Made by a program: the position numbers and the translations under genes | Source: Podarcis erhardii | Taxonomy: Eukaryota | Length of the DNA: 64,000 nucleotides | Assembly: GCA_964252035.1 (NCBI GenBank) | Contig: OZ176211.1 | Strand: one strand, 5' to 3' | The notes under the pieces: model-generated | Told to the model about the DNA's origin: nothing | The model's database searches: none | The model's input: only the letters and a program-made list of their open reading frames with translations | Part shown: piece after piece, positions 35,694 to 48,948 of the stretch | How positions within the stretch are numbered: position 1 is the stretch's first letter | Layout of the letters: each line of letters begins with the position of its first letter

Positions 35694-36366
35694 CCATATT
35701 TTTCGCTCTATAGGACGCATTTCCCCCCTCCAAAAATTAAGAGGAAATGTGTGTGCGTCCTATGGAGTAAATGCAGGTTCCTTGGCTTCAGTGATAGCAG
35801 CGTGAAGCCTCCGAAGCACAGAGGGAGCGCTCCCTCTGCGCTCCGGAGGCTTCATGTTGCTTTCGCTGAAGCCTGGAGAGCAAGAGGGGCCGGTGCACAC
35901 TGACCCCTCTTGCTCTCCAGGCTTCAGGGATGGCTGCCTGAAGCCTTCGGAGTGCAGCGCGAGTTCCCACTGCACTCCGGAGGCTTCAGATTCCTTTCGC
36001 TGAAGCCAGGAGAGCAAGACTCTCCTGGCTTCAGCAGAGAGGGAGAGCTGCGCAGCGCCCCTTCAGCCAAGCGGGAGGAGAAATGGAAGGGTCTCCGTTT
36101 CTCTTGCCACTTTGCTGAAGGGGCACTGAGCAGAGAGGGGGAGAAAATTTTTTTCTTGTTCTCCCCCTCTAAAACAAGGTGCGTCCTATGGTCAGGTGTG
36201 TCCTATAGAGCAGTGTTTCCCAACCTTTGGTCTCCAGCTGTTTTTGGACTACAACTCCCATCATCCCTAACTAGCAAGACCAGTGGTCAGGGATGATGGG
36301 AACTGTAGTCCAAAAACAGCTGGAGACCAAAGGTTGGGAAACACTGCTATAGAGCGAAAAATATGG
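35694..36366. mobile_element. Tc1/mariner (Tc2-like) non-autonomous element carrying a nested hAT MITE
   Basis: TIR CCATATTTTTCGCTCTATAG/CTATAGAGCGAAAAATATGG, TA flanks; GC-rich hairpin interior; ends homologous to 19027-19285. Confidence 0.88.
36211..36346. mobile_element. Palindromic hAT MITE nested in the right TIR of the Tc2-like element
   Basis: TIR CAGTGTTTCCCAACCTTTGGTCTCCAGCTG; perfect TSD CTATAGAG (36203-36210, 36347-36354). Confidence 0.93.
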
Positions 36367-36698
36367 TAATCAAGTGGACTCAGTTGGGTGACACAATTCA
36401 CTCACCCAAGTTTGGGTAACACTGCTTCAACTTTGAGCAGACAAGTACACTACTTGCTTAGTTGACCTTTTCTAACGTACTCCTGGGTATACTTAATTGC
36501 CAACTCCCCATTTTCTGTCTGTCTTTGTCTCGCAGCAAGGTGAACCTGTATCAAGGTGAACCTTTTACTCAGAAACAGTTGCTTCTAAACTGCTGTCTAG
36601 GGAGGATCCCATCAAAGTCACTGCTCATTTTTACACAGTCAGCCTCTCGTACCATTTCTGGATGATGATTCCAGGTGGTGTGTAGTCATCAACTAGAG

Positions 36699-36834
36699 CA
36701 GGCATAGGCAAACCTGGCCCTCCAGATGTTTTGGGACTACAACTCTCATCATCCCTGACCACTGGTCATATTAGCTAGGGGTGATGGGAGTTGTAGTCCC
36801 AAAACATCTGGAAGGCTGTGTTTGCCTATGCCTG
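36699..36834. mobile_element. Palindromic hAT MITE (136 bp family)
   Basis: TIR CAGGCATAGGCAAAC/GTTTGCCTATGCCTG; TSD AACTAGAG/AACTAGAA. Confidence 0.92.
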
Positions 36835-37195
36835 AACTAGAACTAAAGAAGTAAAGATCTGATCTAAAGATTTTGAGGAGCAGTGGGGAAGGAATGGGTT
36901 TGGTTTTTAATTTGAGGCTATGGATGAATTATACCTGTTATCATGCAGATATTCTATCATGCAGAAGGAGTTTTTCCCCACTCCTATACTCCAATATTTC
37001 CCTTCATCTAGCAGCAAATTGCAGAGGCATATACGTTGAGCTGGTGCGGTGCAGCCTTTGATTGCAACAGTTGTTTTATTCTTACACATCTTTGCCTCTT
37101 TCCCCTACACAACCTCAGCCCCCCCTCCCCTCAATTCCTAATAGATCAAACTTCCATGATATTAGAAAACTAATCCTATATTAAGAAAAAATGAG

Positions 37196-37198
<3 letters not shown>

Positions 37199-37240
<42 letters not shown>
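37199..37240. repeat. (AT)21 microsatellite
   Basis: Direct reading. Confidence 0.98.
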
Positions 37241-37242
<2 letters not shown>

Positions 37243-37609
37243 TTGCTCAAGAATATATATCCTTGCATTGTGCAAGGCAGCAAGAAATTCTATAGTCTTG
37301 CAGCACCCAAGTGAATAACTAGTGCCTCTGCTCATATAGACATGTTGCTTGTCAGGCAGCATCAGAAGGGAAGAGAGAGAAGGAGGCAGAAATCCCTCGC
37401 TTAATTGCTCAGCCGCAATATTGCTGGCATGTTGGCTCTCAGGGTGATCACAGTGACTCTTTGGCAGTCTGCTGTGACATATTTTGCTAGTTCGTAGTGG
37501 GAGGAAAATGCTCACATCTATTCAAGACACCACTTTGATTACATTACAATTACGAGATACTCTCATCTTGCTGCCATTACTTGGTTGTGTTCCAGTTGTT
37601 AACAACCTG

Positions 37610-37935
37610 CAGATGCTTGGATAGATGCTTGTCCCTTGCAGCTAACAATGACTAGTGGTGGGAGGAGCAGCTTCCTGGGTCAGGAAGGTAGTAAATACTA
37701 TGTTGAGTATAGGCATGGTCCCAGCTGCCTTAGAGGCAATGATTAGACCACTCTTGAAGAACCCAGGGAATTTTTTCGGCTATTAGCCTGTTGCGAATCT
37801 TCCCTTACTAGGCTAAATGGCTGAGTGTGTGGTGGCAGTTAAATTCCAAGAATGCCTAGAGATCAATGATTTACTAGATTCATTTCCATATGGCTTCCAT
37901 CCTGGGTTTCAAACAGAAACTGCCCCAATCACCAT
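37610..37935 (+). mobile_element. Degenerate L2 reverse-transcriptase fragment
   Basis: RPLLK...PVANLPLLG*MAECVVAVKFQECLEINDLLDSFPYGFHPGFQTETA parallels L2 RPLLKK...YRPVANLPFLGKVLERVVA.QLQ..LD...LDPFQSGFRPG..TETAL. Confidence 0.75.
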
Positions 37936-38209
37936 AGATTTATTAAAAAAAAACCCCACAACAAATGTGAGTTTGTGTAGGACAGGAAAAGTGAGGCATG
38001 AAGATGATCAAACTATGGCCGTAATCTGCACAGAGATTTTATTAGAGAAGATAAAAAGTGAAACAAATGCTCATCACACAAAGACCAGTTTCAAGGCAAT
38101 GCTTCACAAACTGTCTCCAATAGCTACAAATTCAACCCAAAATTCTAGCCACATTTTATTGGGGCCAAAATGATACAGAGACAATGTCCTCCTGAAAGAG
38201 GGATTAAGG

Positions 38210-38428
38210 TAAGGTTGCCATAGTTGAGGGAAACAAAGTTGGAGAAAACCTCCCCTCAAAATAGTGATTTTAAGCTTTTGGAGCTGTTTCCGCTGCTTTT
38301 TCCACCGCATTGCCATACACCTGGGTTTTCCCTGACATTTTGCCAATTCGGCCAAATCCTCTCCCGCACCATTTTTACATCCGAAAACCAGGACATGTCA
38401 GGAATTTTGCTGACGAATGGCAAGCCTA
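38210..38428. mobile_element. hAT-type MITE
   Basis: TIR TAAGGTTGCCAT/ATGGCAAGCCTA; perfect TSD GATTAAGG (38202-38209, 38429-38436). Confidence 0.88.
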
Positions 38429-39407
38429 GATTAAGGCCTCTTGTTCTGTTTTGCAAGTATCAAACTATCTCAGCCTACAAATTAATACATAAATACTTTA
38501 ATAAATTAATAAACAAAATGGTGATGGTGAGCCACCAGGGGTACATAAAGCGCAAAGTCAAATGTGATCAAGCCAATACAATAAAGTCAAGCATGAAGTG
38601 GCTGAAAGCTCTGTATTGCATGACAAATTCCCTAAAAGCCTTGTTTCCTCAGCTTCATGGTGGATTTTAATGTTGAGATTATATGGTAATAAACGTCAGG
38701 TGCCTAGAGATCAGTAAGAAAGCACGATCAAAATCCTAGAGTAAATGTACTACATGCAGACACATTTTCCGTTGGTTTTATTAACATTTGAAAGCAAATA
38801 TGAAGCTGGTTTTTTTTAAAAAAAAACCCAACAACCTGGAAGCAAGTGGGTTGCCTTCGACCTTAGCTCTACTCATTGTAGACCCATTGAGATCAGTAGA
38901 TGTAAATTAGTCATGTCCATTACTGTCATTGGGCCTGCTTTTATTAGCTTGGATATACTGGTAACCTAGTATCACTTTCCTTCTTTACTTTTACAATGTG
39001 TGGAAAAACTGAGCTATTGAAATTTCACATTCTCCCACATTTATAAACCACTGCAGTTACCGTAACTGCACTTGACCAGGAGCTGTTGGAACGACTCCGT
39101 TTAGTTACACTAAATTGGACAGTGCAAGGCAGCACAGCCATGTGGCTTTCAGACACCCCCAAGTATGGCTGTGGTTTGCTATAGCTGCAGAGTTATCAGT
39201 GCAGGGCCTTGCATAAAAAAGATGGTGGTTTGTGACCTAAGAGAATAGACTTGGAAGTGCTACTTATTAGTACAAGCAAGCAGATATTGGGTTCTTTATG
39301 AAAGCAGCAGAATAGATATTGATATTGTGTAAATATTTGTATTTGTAAATCTGTGACACGTAAGCAAGAGTATTAGAGCTGAATAATAAAAAAAATTCCT
39401 CCCAAAA

Positions 39408-39690
39408 NNNNNNNNNNNNNNNNNNNNNNNNNNNNNNNNNNNNNNNNNNNNNNNNNNNNNNNNNNNNNNNNNNNNNNNNNNNNNNNNNNNNNNNNNNNNN
39501 NNNNNNNNNNNNNNNNNNNNNNNNNNNNNNNNNNNNNNNNNNNNNNNNNNNNNNNNNNNNNNNNNNNNNNNNNNNNNNNNNNNNNNNNNNNNNNNNNNNN
39601 NNNNNNNNNNNNNNNNNNNNNNNNNNNNNNNNNNNNNNNNNNNNNNNNNNNNNNNNNNNNNNNNNNNNNNNNNNNNNNNNNNNNNNNNNN
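39408..39690. other. Assembly gap
   Basis: N run. Confidence 1.
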
Positions 39691-40244
39691 AAAAGTGCTT
39701 GCCCATTCAGAGTATGGGCAGGAACTATTGTCATTTCTCGGCATTGCCTATAAGGCATCATGACATCATCATACTGGCAACATTATTCCTACTTGGCTGG
39801 GATCTCAATGCTTGAAAGAAGGTGAATTTTAAATGGCACTGCAGCACTTGCTGAGAATGGCAGCAAACAAGTGGGGGAAACAACCAATACAAAGGTAGGC
39901 ATGTGAGGTTTGTTCAGAGAATATTTCAAGGTCTTTGAAAGCCAACCCCCATCCCTTTCTGTGCTGCAATGCCTGCTTTGTGCAAATGGATTTTGAATTC
40001 CAGCACAAAATGAATAACCTTGTTTAGAGTTAGGTATTTCTTAAAAGCCAACCAAACTACCTGGAACCACCAGCACTGGGTTGACCCCAGTAAGGAACAA
40101 GAATGAAATGAAGTTGCACACTTTACGGGTTCCTGTGGGTACAGCTGTATTTATTACACTAAAGAGATGTGGATAATATACTTTTAAATACCCATGTATG
40201 AATAACTGGGAATTTGATTGTGTTCTCTGTTTGCTGGGGAAAAC

Positions 40245-40342
40245 AGAATCATAGAATTGAAGGGACCCTAAGGACCATCTAGTCCAACCTCCTGCAATGC
40301 AGGAATATGCAGCTGTGCCTTACGAGGATCGAACCTGCAACC
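40245..40342 (-). mobile_element. tRNA-derived SINE with CR1 tail (Squam2-like), truncated by the gap
   Basis: Antisense: GGTTGCAGGTTCGATCC (B-box)...CAGCTGCATATTCCTGCATTGCAGGAGGTTGGACTAGATGG...TTCTATGATTCT. Confidence 0.75.
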
Positions 40343-40531
40343 NNNNNNNNNNNNNNNNNNNNNNNNNNNNNNNNNNNNNNNNNNNNNNNNNNNNNNNNNN
40401 NNNNNNNNNNNNNNNNNNNNNNNNNNNNNNNNNNNNNNNNNNNNNNNNNNNNNNNNNNNNNNNNNNNNNNNNNNNNNNNNNNNNNNNNNNNNNNNNNNNN
40501 NNNNNNNNNNNNNNNNNNNNNNNNNNNNNNN
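40343..40531. other. Assembly gap
   Basis: N run. Confidence 1.
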
Positions 40532-42503
40532 AATCTTGGGGAGAAAGCAAACAATCCTCTTAATAACCCAAGTACTTCTGATTCTGGCTATTGTACTTCC
40601 AGCAGATAAAGAAGCAACTATTCCAGAAATCAGAAACAAGCTGAGATCAACAGAGAAAAGCCCCCAAATTATTCCCAAGATTCGTTCCTTTAAGAAATAG
40701 AATTTTGTGATAGAATGGAAACTTGCAAAAGAAAACGGTAGGGTTGGATCATCATTTATCATGGGTTTTCCCACTGTCAAAGCCTTCCTATGGCTTGAAA
40801 TCTTGGCCTTGTTTTATCTACACAGTATATCTGTGAATTATTGCTTGCCACCCCAATCTCAGAACGGTGTGAGACTCCAGGGGTACAGTGGAGACAGTGG
40901 TGTCTTTAGGATATATGGCTTATTTTCTCACATATACAACCCGAGCCTACGATGGAGGGGTTTCGCAGCATTAAGACCCCAAGAGGGTCTTGCTTCCCCC
41001 ATAGCTGCAGCCTTGGATTCAAGCAAAAATCAAGCATCTCCTTCTCTCTCCCTTTCTCCTGCTTGCTTCTCTATAGCTTCTAGCTTACATCACTCCCAAT
41101 TCTCTGCTTGCAAGTAGAAGCTTCTAACTAAGCAAGCTGGGACTTGGGAGGAAGCTTCTAAGTACCCAAGTTGAGGGAGGGCCCCCCACTCATTTGCCAT
41201 CTTGCACAGAGCCACCTCCTTCAATCCATGGTCCATTACCTCACTAGGAAGCTAGCTTAGCTATTCCAGGAATTAGAAGGCGGCCCAGGCATTCAGCCTA
41301 ACCGCCGCCCCCCCCCCCCCAGCAAAACTCATAACAGTATGAATGTAGTGTTCAAGTTTCAGATCAAGTTATATATATTAAAGCACTGGAGAGCCTGCCA
41401 CATTTTGCCTAACAGGAGAAATGTGCAATAAATTAAATAGGAAGTAGTCTCTGAATAATTACACTTGAGGAGAGATGCAGGCGGCTGATGGGAATAATAA
41501 ACATCTTTCGGAAGGATTGCCTTCCTTTTCCCACTCCTGGGCTTCACCTTCTCTTTCTTTCAACATCTTGCCTTTAGGCATTCTGCAGCCCTGCACTCCC
41601 TCCCTCCTTCCCATGAGGACTTGCTGTGTGGCAGCAGCAGGAAATAACTGGTATGACTCTACATCCTAATTTGCTGGAGGTGCTCAGCTGCTACAGCAAG
41701 ACCAGGCTGTGCAGTTCTTGAGCTTGTCTTCCCTGCAGGGATGTCAGGATAACGCGATTTACTGCTGTCAAGGAGAAGGCTGCCAAGGCAAGAGAGATGC
41801 TTCTTGCCAAGCTGTTGGCATTGAAATCAAACCTGTGGATCTGTCATGCACTTTTTGCTGCTTCAGTTCACAGGGAAAGACTATGACTTCTTCCTATCGG
41901 TGCACCGCTAAACAGAAGCAACATCTGAGGTTTGGAATGTGTTTTTTAATCAGGCTCCCTGCTGTTGCACGTCACATTCTCTTTTGCTCTTCCTCTACTC
42001 TATATATATGTGTGTGTGTGTATTCAGAATGAAGATACTAGGTGCTCACCGACTTTCAAGGGTATACGTATTGTTAAGGTGCAACAATATTTCCCCAAAA
42101 GATAGAAAGTTGAAATTTCATATACAGCAGAAGGTATGTCATCTCTGTGACTCTTCCAAGAGACATAAACATTACTGGACGCCATTATAAACCTGTCTCC
42201 TCAATGTTCAGTGTGTGACAAGTGGAAGACCCGTCCAGCATTAACTCTGTATGTTTGTGGCTAGGCTTGCACTCTGCTTGAATGCTAGTATGAGGTGTAC
42301 TTTGCATCTTACACTTCAACCCTGTGGTATGTTTAAAAAATGTCTTTTCTAGTGATCAGGAAATCTTCCACTTAGATGTGCAGTCAGATTTCAGCCATCT
42401 GCTGGTGACATAGCCTAACAATTTTTTATATGCCCATGTGAATCATACATTGTCCAGTGTGTATGTGTGTTTGCACATATGTATGTGCACCTGCACTCTA
42501 AAC

Positions 42504-42639
42504 CAGGCGCCCCCAACCTTTGGCCCTCCAGATGTTTTGGACTACAATTCCCATCATCCTTGACCACTGGTCCTGTTAGTTAGGGATCATGGGAATTGTA
42601 GGCCAAAACATCTGGAAGGCCGTAGGTTGGGGATGCCTG
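42504..42639. mobile_element. Palindromic hAT MITE (136 bp family)
   Basis: TIR CAGGCGCCCCCAACC/GGTTGGGGATGCCTG; perfect TSD CTCTAAAC (42496-42503, 42640-42647). Confidence 0.92.
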
Positions 42640-43719
42640 CTCTAAACCAACTAAACAGCTCCAACATTTTTATATTCAACTCAAATGGAATGCATTGTGC
42701 ATATACTCCCTTGACCCAGAATATAAAATGTCAAACATGCATTTTTAAATTAAAATCTTCATTGCACACAAAGGGCAGTCTAAATACAAAACATTATTCT
42801 CATTCATCACAATTCTAATGATTTAGAATTCCTTTCCTTTACACCTTTTAAGAATATCACACTATCGTCGAACTATCCATAAGCATGAATAATAAAAAAA
42901 ATCTTTCTAGGTTTTAAGAGCTAAGTGGATTTTACAGGTACTTTCCCTTAAATCTGCTTACACTAAATAATGTTATCATCCAGATAGGGTTTCCAAGTCT
43001 CCAAAGCCTTTGTCATAAAATTTGGTATTCCACTATTCAATCTGTGAGCACATGTATTTAACGTTTATTATCTTGTTGTAATACCTATAACAACCTTGTA
43101 AGGAAGTTAAGTATTATTATCCCCAAATTGCAGGCAGAGAGCCAAGGGAAGAGTTCATGACAAACACAAAATTCAGAAAACGTATCTCCCTGATGCATAG
43201 CTCATTCACTCAGCCAAAAAACTACAGTTGCAACAGTATTACATTTACCTGCATGGATATTCTATCAAAAACTATTTGGTATGTATTCCTCATTCCTCAT
43301 TTATTCATTATTTAATATGCAGGTTGCTCAGTATTATTTTTGTTGTCATTCATTGTATGTAATGTATTCAATTTCATCATCAGAAGATTCTTCTTCGAAA
43401 CATTTGATTCAATCCAGATATACTGTCTTGGACATCATCCATTGAAAGGTGTCGTGGTGTTCCCTGCCAGTTATTCATTTCATTGACTACTTCTTGGTTA
43501 TGGAGTGACATATATATTATTTTTAAGCTGATGAATTGGAAACTTTGGATGGCATTCTATTACTAATAATAACACATTTACTATATTCATTAGCCATGTG
43601 TTGCGGCTGTATTTGAGCAGATTATTCTGTATTGCAACACAAGGGTTGTATTGCAACTACAGTGGCAGTATGGTATATATGAGTTCAGTTTCACTGGTGC
43701 ATGGCAAAATTTTTAATAT

Positions 43720-44100
43720 ACTTTTCAAGGTGCTTGAGAAGGTTCAGCTTCAGGCACACTTGGAGGAAGATGATTACTTGGATCCATTGCAGTCTGACTC
43801 CAGGCTTGGTGATGGCAATGAAACTGCCTTGGTCACCCTGGTTGACAATATTTATTGAGAGGAAGGTTGGGAGGGGTGTGACCCTGCTTGCATCTCTTGG
43901 CAGCGATCAATACTGTTGACCATGATATCCTTCAGTAGCATCTCAGGGAGGTTGAGGTTGAGTGTTTCCATTCCTACCTCTAGGTCCATTTCCAGAAGGT
44001 AGACATGTGAGGCTACTGTTCAGAATCATGGGGGTCCTGTGCTTTCCCACAGGGTTCCATCTTGTCTCCCATGCTATTTTAACATGGACACACAGACATG
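43720..44100 (+). mobile_element. Degenerate L2 reverse-transcriptase fragment
   Basis: KVLEKVQLQAHLEEDDYLDPLQSDSRLGDGNETALVTLVD...TVDHDIL...PQGSILSPMLF motifs. Confidence 0.85.
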
Positions 44101-45267
44101 AATATTCTACTGCAGTTGCAACAGAGCATCTCCAGACAAGTTTAAACATCAGCTCAAGAGTTCAATGAATACCTCTGTATGTTCATCATACCCACAGGCA
44201 GCTCCTCCTTGAGCTGTGGGATGCAACAACAGTAAATGCTCACCCTAACAATGGCCTGCCCAATGCGCCAGCATTAGATATATGAAAAGCAAAGCATAGA
44301 CTTGTTTCCGAGTGGGAAGACTGTAATATGTCATCCCCGCCCCTCCAATCCTCAAAATTTAGTGTGTACACACACAGGCATACACACACTTTTGTCCACT
44401 CCATTTTCTTCCTTGGGGCAACATCAGTTCATGCCTCAGGGTCAGGTGATGGGAGCTGAGCAGCACAATAAGCCAAAGCAACGATTGGCTTTGTGACCAG
44501 GCCCTGTGAGAAGCCAATACAATGACGAAGGATAATTGTCCTCCCTTGAGGCTGGCTGCGTTCAAACAGGAGTCATACAGATTACAAACCTACTGTACGA
44601 GGAACAGGGTAGTTACCATATCCCTCTGTTTTACAACACTCTGCTTTCTTGCTTGGTTGGTCTCCTCGATACAATGGAAGCACACACTCCAGTTGTTCTC
44701 TCATGCTACAAAGCCTTTTTTTTTTTTTAGGACAAAGAATTGAGTCATTTGTGTGCAAAGGTCTCAGTTCTTTTACTGAGAGAGTAAATCCAAAAGCTTC
44801 TGAAGCGTCATAAGGTGATGAAAGGCAACAGAAAGCTGATAAAGAACGAGTCTCTAAAGCACCAACTTCAGCAGTGCAAACACACACACACACACACACA
44901 GACACACACACAGACAACCTTCACAAATCCAGGGTGGAGGGCAGAATCATTTGTTAATAACAACCTATGGCATCTAAATACACATCTGCAAGAGAAAACT
45001 CTCCACCCTGCACTCGTTTAATTCCACCCCAATCTTCGAGTGGTTTGAGATTTCAGCGTTCCAGGTGTGCTGACCCAGGGTTTTTTTGGGAAATGAGGCA
45101 CCACAGAGACATGAATACAACCTGAGCCTATGATGGAGGCGTTTTCATAGGCGCAGCCCTGGAGCTAAACAAACATCACAACCATACTTTAAAATGTGCA
45201 AAAGTTAAAACATGAAAACATATTAAAAATTCCTCAGTTTTTTTAAGCATCTGGTAGGCTTGTCTAA

Positions 45268-45620
45268 GGGGACGCGGGTGGCGCTGTGGATTAAACCACA
45301 GAGCCTAGGACTTGCCGATCAGAAGGTCAGCGGTTCGAATCCCTGTGATGGGGTGAGCTCCCGTTGCTCGGTCCCAGCTCCTGCCAACCTAGCAGTTCGA
45401 AAGCACGCCAGCGCAATTAGATAAATAGGTACCGCTCTGGCGGGAAGGTAAACAGCATTTCCGTGCGCTGCTCTGGTTCGCCAGAAGCGGCTTAGTCATG
45501 CTGGCCACATGATCCGGAAGCTGTACGCCGGCTCCCTCAGCCAACAAAGCAAGATGAGCGCTGCAAACCCAGAGTAGGCCACAACTGGACCTAATGGTCA
45601 GGGGTCCCTTTAACTTTACC
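45268..45620 (+). mobile_element. Sauria SINE, full length, subtype B
   Basis: tRNA head, conserved body, tail; 13-bp TSD TAGGCTTGTCTAA (45255-45267, 45621-45633). Confidence 0.96.
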
Positions 45621-48600
45621 TAGGCTTGTCTAAAGAAGAATGTATTTAGCAGGTGCCAAAAAAAGTACAGCGAAGGCACCTGCTCGATCTCAACAGGCAG
45701 GGGGTTCCAATGTGTAGGTGCTGCCACACTATAAACGATCGAGTTCTTACAAATGCGAAACAGGTATTATGTGGCATCTTGTAGCAGTGCCAATTCCACT
45801 GATCAACGTGGCTGTGTGGGCACATGAGGAGTAAGGTGATCTCGTAGGTAAACTGAGTAAAAATAAAGCAGTGGGAACTTTAGGGTGCAAATGGCCTTGT
45901 AATGCTGGACTTCTTACAGAAAGTTTAAAAAAGTGTAGTCAAGAACAGAGCTTGGGTTTTAGAAGTGCTGATTATGATTCCACAGCTAGATAATTCAGAA
46001 TAGACTTTTTCTGCATTTCAGGAGAGCAAAATATGCTCCAGGTTAGAAGGTGCTTAGCGTGATGGATATCAGATATCAGAGAACTGTATTTTAGAGCTGG
46101 AAGGGAAATATATATCTCTCTATATATATATCTTTCTATTTCTATCTCTCTATCTCTATTTCTATCTGTATCTACACACCCTATTAACGAACCACTTTAG
46201 TTACCAAAGCCCATGTGATGTCTGAATTTAATAGTTAAGTTTCAGCAGAAAAGACACTGGCAAAAACTCACAAGGAGCTTTACAGAATAACAAGCCACAC
46301 TTATGAAAAGATCCGTTGGGGAGCTTTACAGAGCAAGTCGTGGCACTTCTTAAAAGATCTGCAGGAGACAAGAGTACAATGTCATTTAAACCACCTTTCT
46401 AGATCTGGGTGTTGTTTTCTGCACTGCAAGAGGAATTTCAGAGGCTGCTTGCACCTCACAAGAGATACAAGTGCACCAACCTCATTTCAGTGTGTGACCA
46501 TACAGAAATGTTTTCAATACTTTCCAGGGTTTAAACTAGACAGCAACATAGATACACTGAGCAACCGCTGGCCTATGTCTCTTCGCCCACCCTTCCTCGT
46601 AAAATATTTGTGCGGTGTGACATCATCAGGCTCTGCATTGCTGAGAACCGATGGTGTCAGGCAAGGTTCTAAGTCTCACATAATGGTTAGTTAAGCCCTC
46701 GTGTCAGAAGGGGAGGGGTTGTGTGTGCATTTCTGTGCACCCAGGTAAAGGTCTCCTTTGGTTTGGTAAATACCAGTTTCCAAGTACTCCTGCAGCTGCA
46801 CAGCTTGAAACTTCTAATGTTCATCCGATAGCTACCTTTGGAGATTTCGGTAAATCCCTTAAGTATAATTACTAATTTTTCTCACAGAAGTGAAAGCGGG
46901 AGAATCCTAACAGGGGTGTGAAAGGCTAACAAGCTGGAAATCTTTTGAGGCAGCAGCAGCACGCCACAATTTATTGATGTCAATGAGTTGGTGGAATTGT
47001 TACCAGCTCAAGAAGGCATGCACCCACAGAGTCTCGCGTTTTACACATTCCCTTCAACTAACGCTATAGTTAAGGCCTCCTATTCCAGCTGAGGCAAGTG
47101 AACTGAAATGTCAGGAAGTTGCTCACTGGGGCCATTAAAAAGATGAGAGCTTATGTACAGGAGAAGGGGGAAAAACTAAGAGCGAACAACTAATAAGGAA
47201 AAATAATGCCTCATTCCTTTTCTCAGGTTTGGGTGTTGCTTTTAAAGAAAAACGACAGACTTGCCAAATTACGATGTGAAGGGAATGAGGAAAACTCCAA
47301 ACTCCATTGGTATTACATGTAAAGTGTGGCTGACAAGAGTCTTTAAACATGAGGGGTGAATCATAAGGCAGTATTTTTTTACCTAAGCTTTTGGTAATCT
47401 CTTATGCTTTAACCCATTTCTCGCTCCTAGGAGGCTACAAACAACAATAAAATGCTTGAGAACAGGAAGCAAAGGTAGCACAGAGGCTTCTGCAAGGGGA
47501 CCTTATCCTCTTTTTCACCAATTGTTCCCGAGAAACCGAATGATGACTCTGTAATGATCTTATAGGTAATGGAAAGGGAAAGTCCATCTTTAGTGCAGTA
47601 ACAGTCTTCCTAAAAGGTGGTGATCAGAACACCACCATTCAATGACAACAGTTTGTAGAATATGGCAGGGTACTTTTTCCAATACCAGTACTTGTGCAAC
47701 AAAACAAATTTAAGTTTAGGAATTTTAAGATGTAGTTGCAGATTTTATTTTTTCACGGACTGATGAAACATTTTTTCATGGCACTCATGAAAGATAAAGA
47801 AAAAAACTCTTGGTTTTTCTGCATGCATTTCATTACCACGTGCTGACAGATGCAAAATCATAGTCTGTTCTTTTTTACTCAGCATCCCAGACGCTCTCAG
47901 GAGGTTGCATAAGGAGAGCTAATTTGGTGTACTTTCACAGGAATCCGCAGGATTACGCTAGCTGAACAGTAGAAACACATGGGAGCTAGGAAATCAAATA
48001 TGTGTTGCTTTCTTGCTCTGCCTGTACTAGCCTTGAGTCCATAAATATATTGCTCAATGAGGTTAAGCGAGTTGCAGATCTCTCAGTAACTCCTGAGGAT
48101 ACAGTTGCAGTTCTGAAACAGATGGTAGGTTAAACAGCCTCAGCTGGTAGGACTTATGACTCTGGCCTTTTCCACTTTATTTCCCTGTAGAATAATACAT
48201 GGCCATACTGCGACAGGCATGTTTTCAGTGGTGTTCACAGAGCAGAGCAGACGCCGACACACATAGAGCTCTCATCTAAACACCAGCACCTCATGCATTC
48301 CTTTAATGAAGTGCATCATTTTGAGGGGTAGCTTGCCACCTCCTAAATCTTCTGAGAAACAGGCATGCATTCATTGAAAAACAATGCTATTAACAATACT
48401 TTGCTTTTTTATATAGCAGCTTGAAGTCTTTAAAGTACTTCAGGGATGTTACATCGGTAAACCTTACAACAATCCTGTGAGGTAGGTAATATAATTCATA
48501 TGTTTTGCAAGTGGTGGGAAAGAGGAGGCTAAGAAATACTTTGATTTTACTGTGTGCCCATCGTTCCTTGCTGTATTTTAATTGATCCCCCCCCACCCCA

Positions 48601-48948
48601 CACAGACACTGTATATGCTTTCTCATTTGGAATCATGACTCCTGGGGTGGAGTTTTGTACTGATGCATGAATATTTTATTTTCTAAATAAATACCTGCTG
48701 TATCAGAGCAGTGGTCCCTCTAGCCAGTTATTGTCTCTTCTGACTGACAATGGCTCCTCAAACTCTCAGGCAGGGGTCTATCCCAAAACTACCACAAGTG
48801 ATGCTTTGAACTAGACACGTGAAGCACTCACCTGGAGATCTGCTGTATGCAGCGTGTGTTCTCTTGCCCTTCCTTATCCCCATTCTTTAAAAAGAAGGAG
48901 ATTGTTTTATATTGGTTTGTTTGCTTAAATGTTTTGTCAGATTTTTAT

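Noticed and set aside
38518-38532. ATGGTGATG|GTGAGC resembling the MVM first exon of ELAVL4
   Set aside because: No ELAVL exon 2 (IISTMEPQ) or RRM exons in the window; short chance match.
39267-40780. ORFs containing long X runs
   Set aside because: Artefacts of translating through N gaps (also at 17.3, 25.2 and 63.1 kb).
13593-42639. Repeated 136-bp palindromes as a possible CRISPR-like or novel array
   Set aside because: Dispersed, each with TIRs and an 8-bp TSD; ordinary hAT MITEs.
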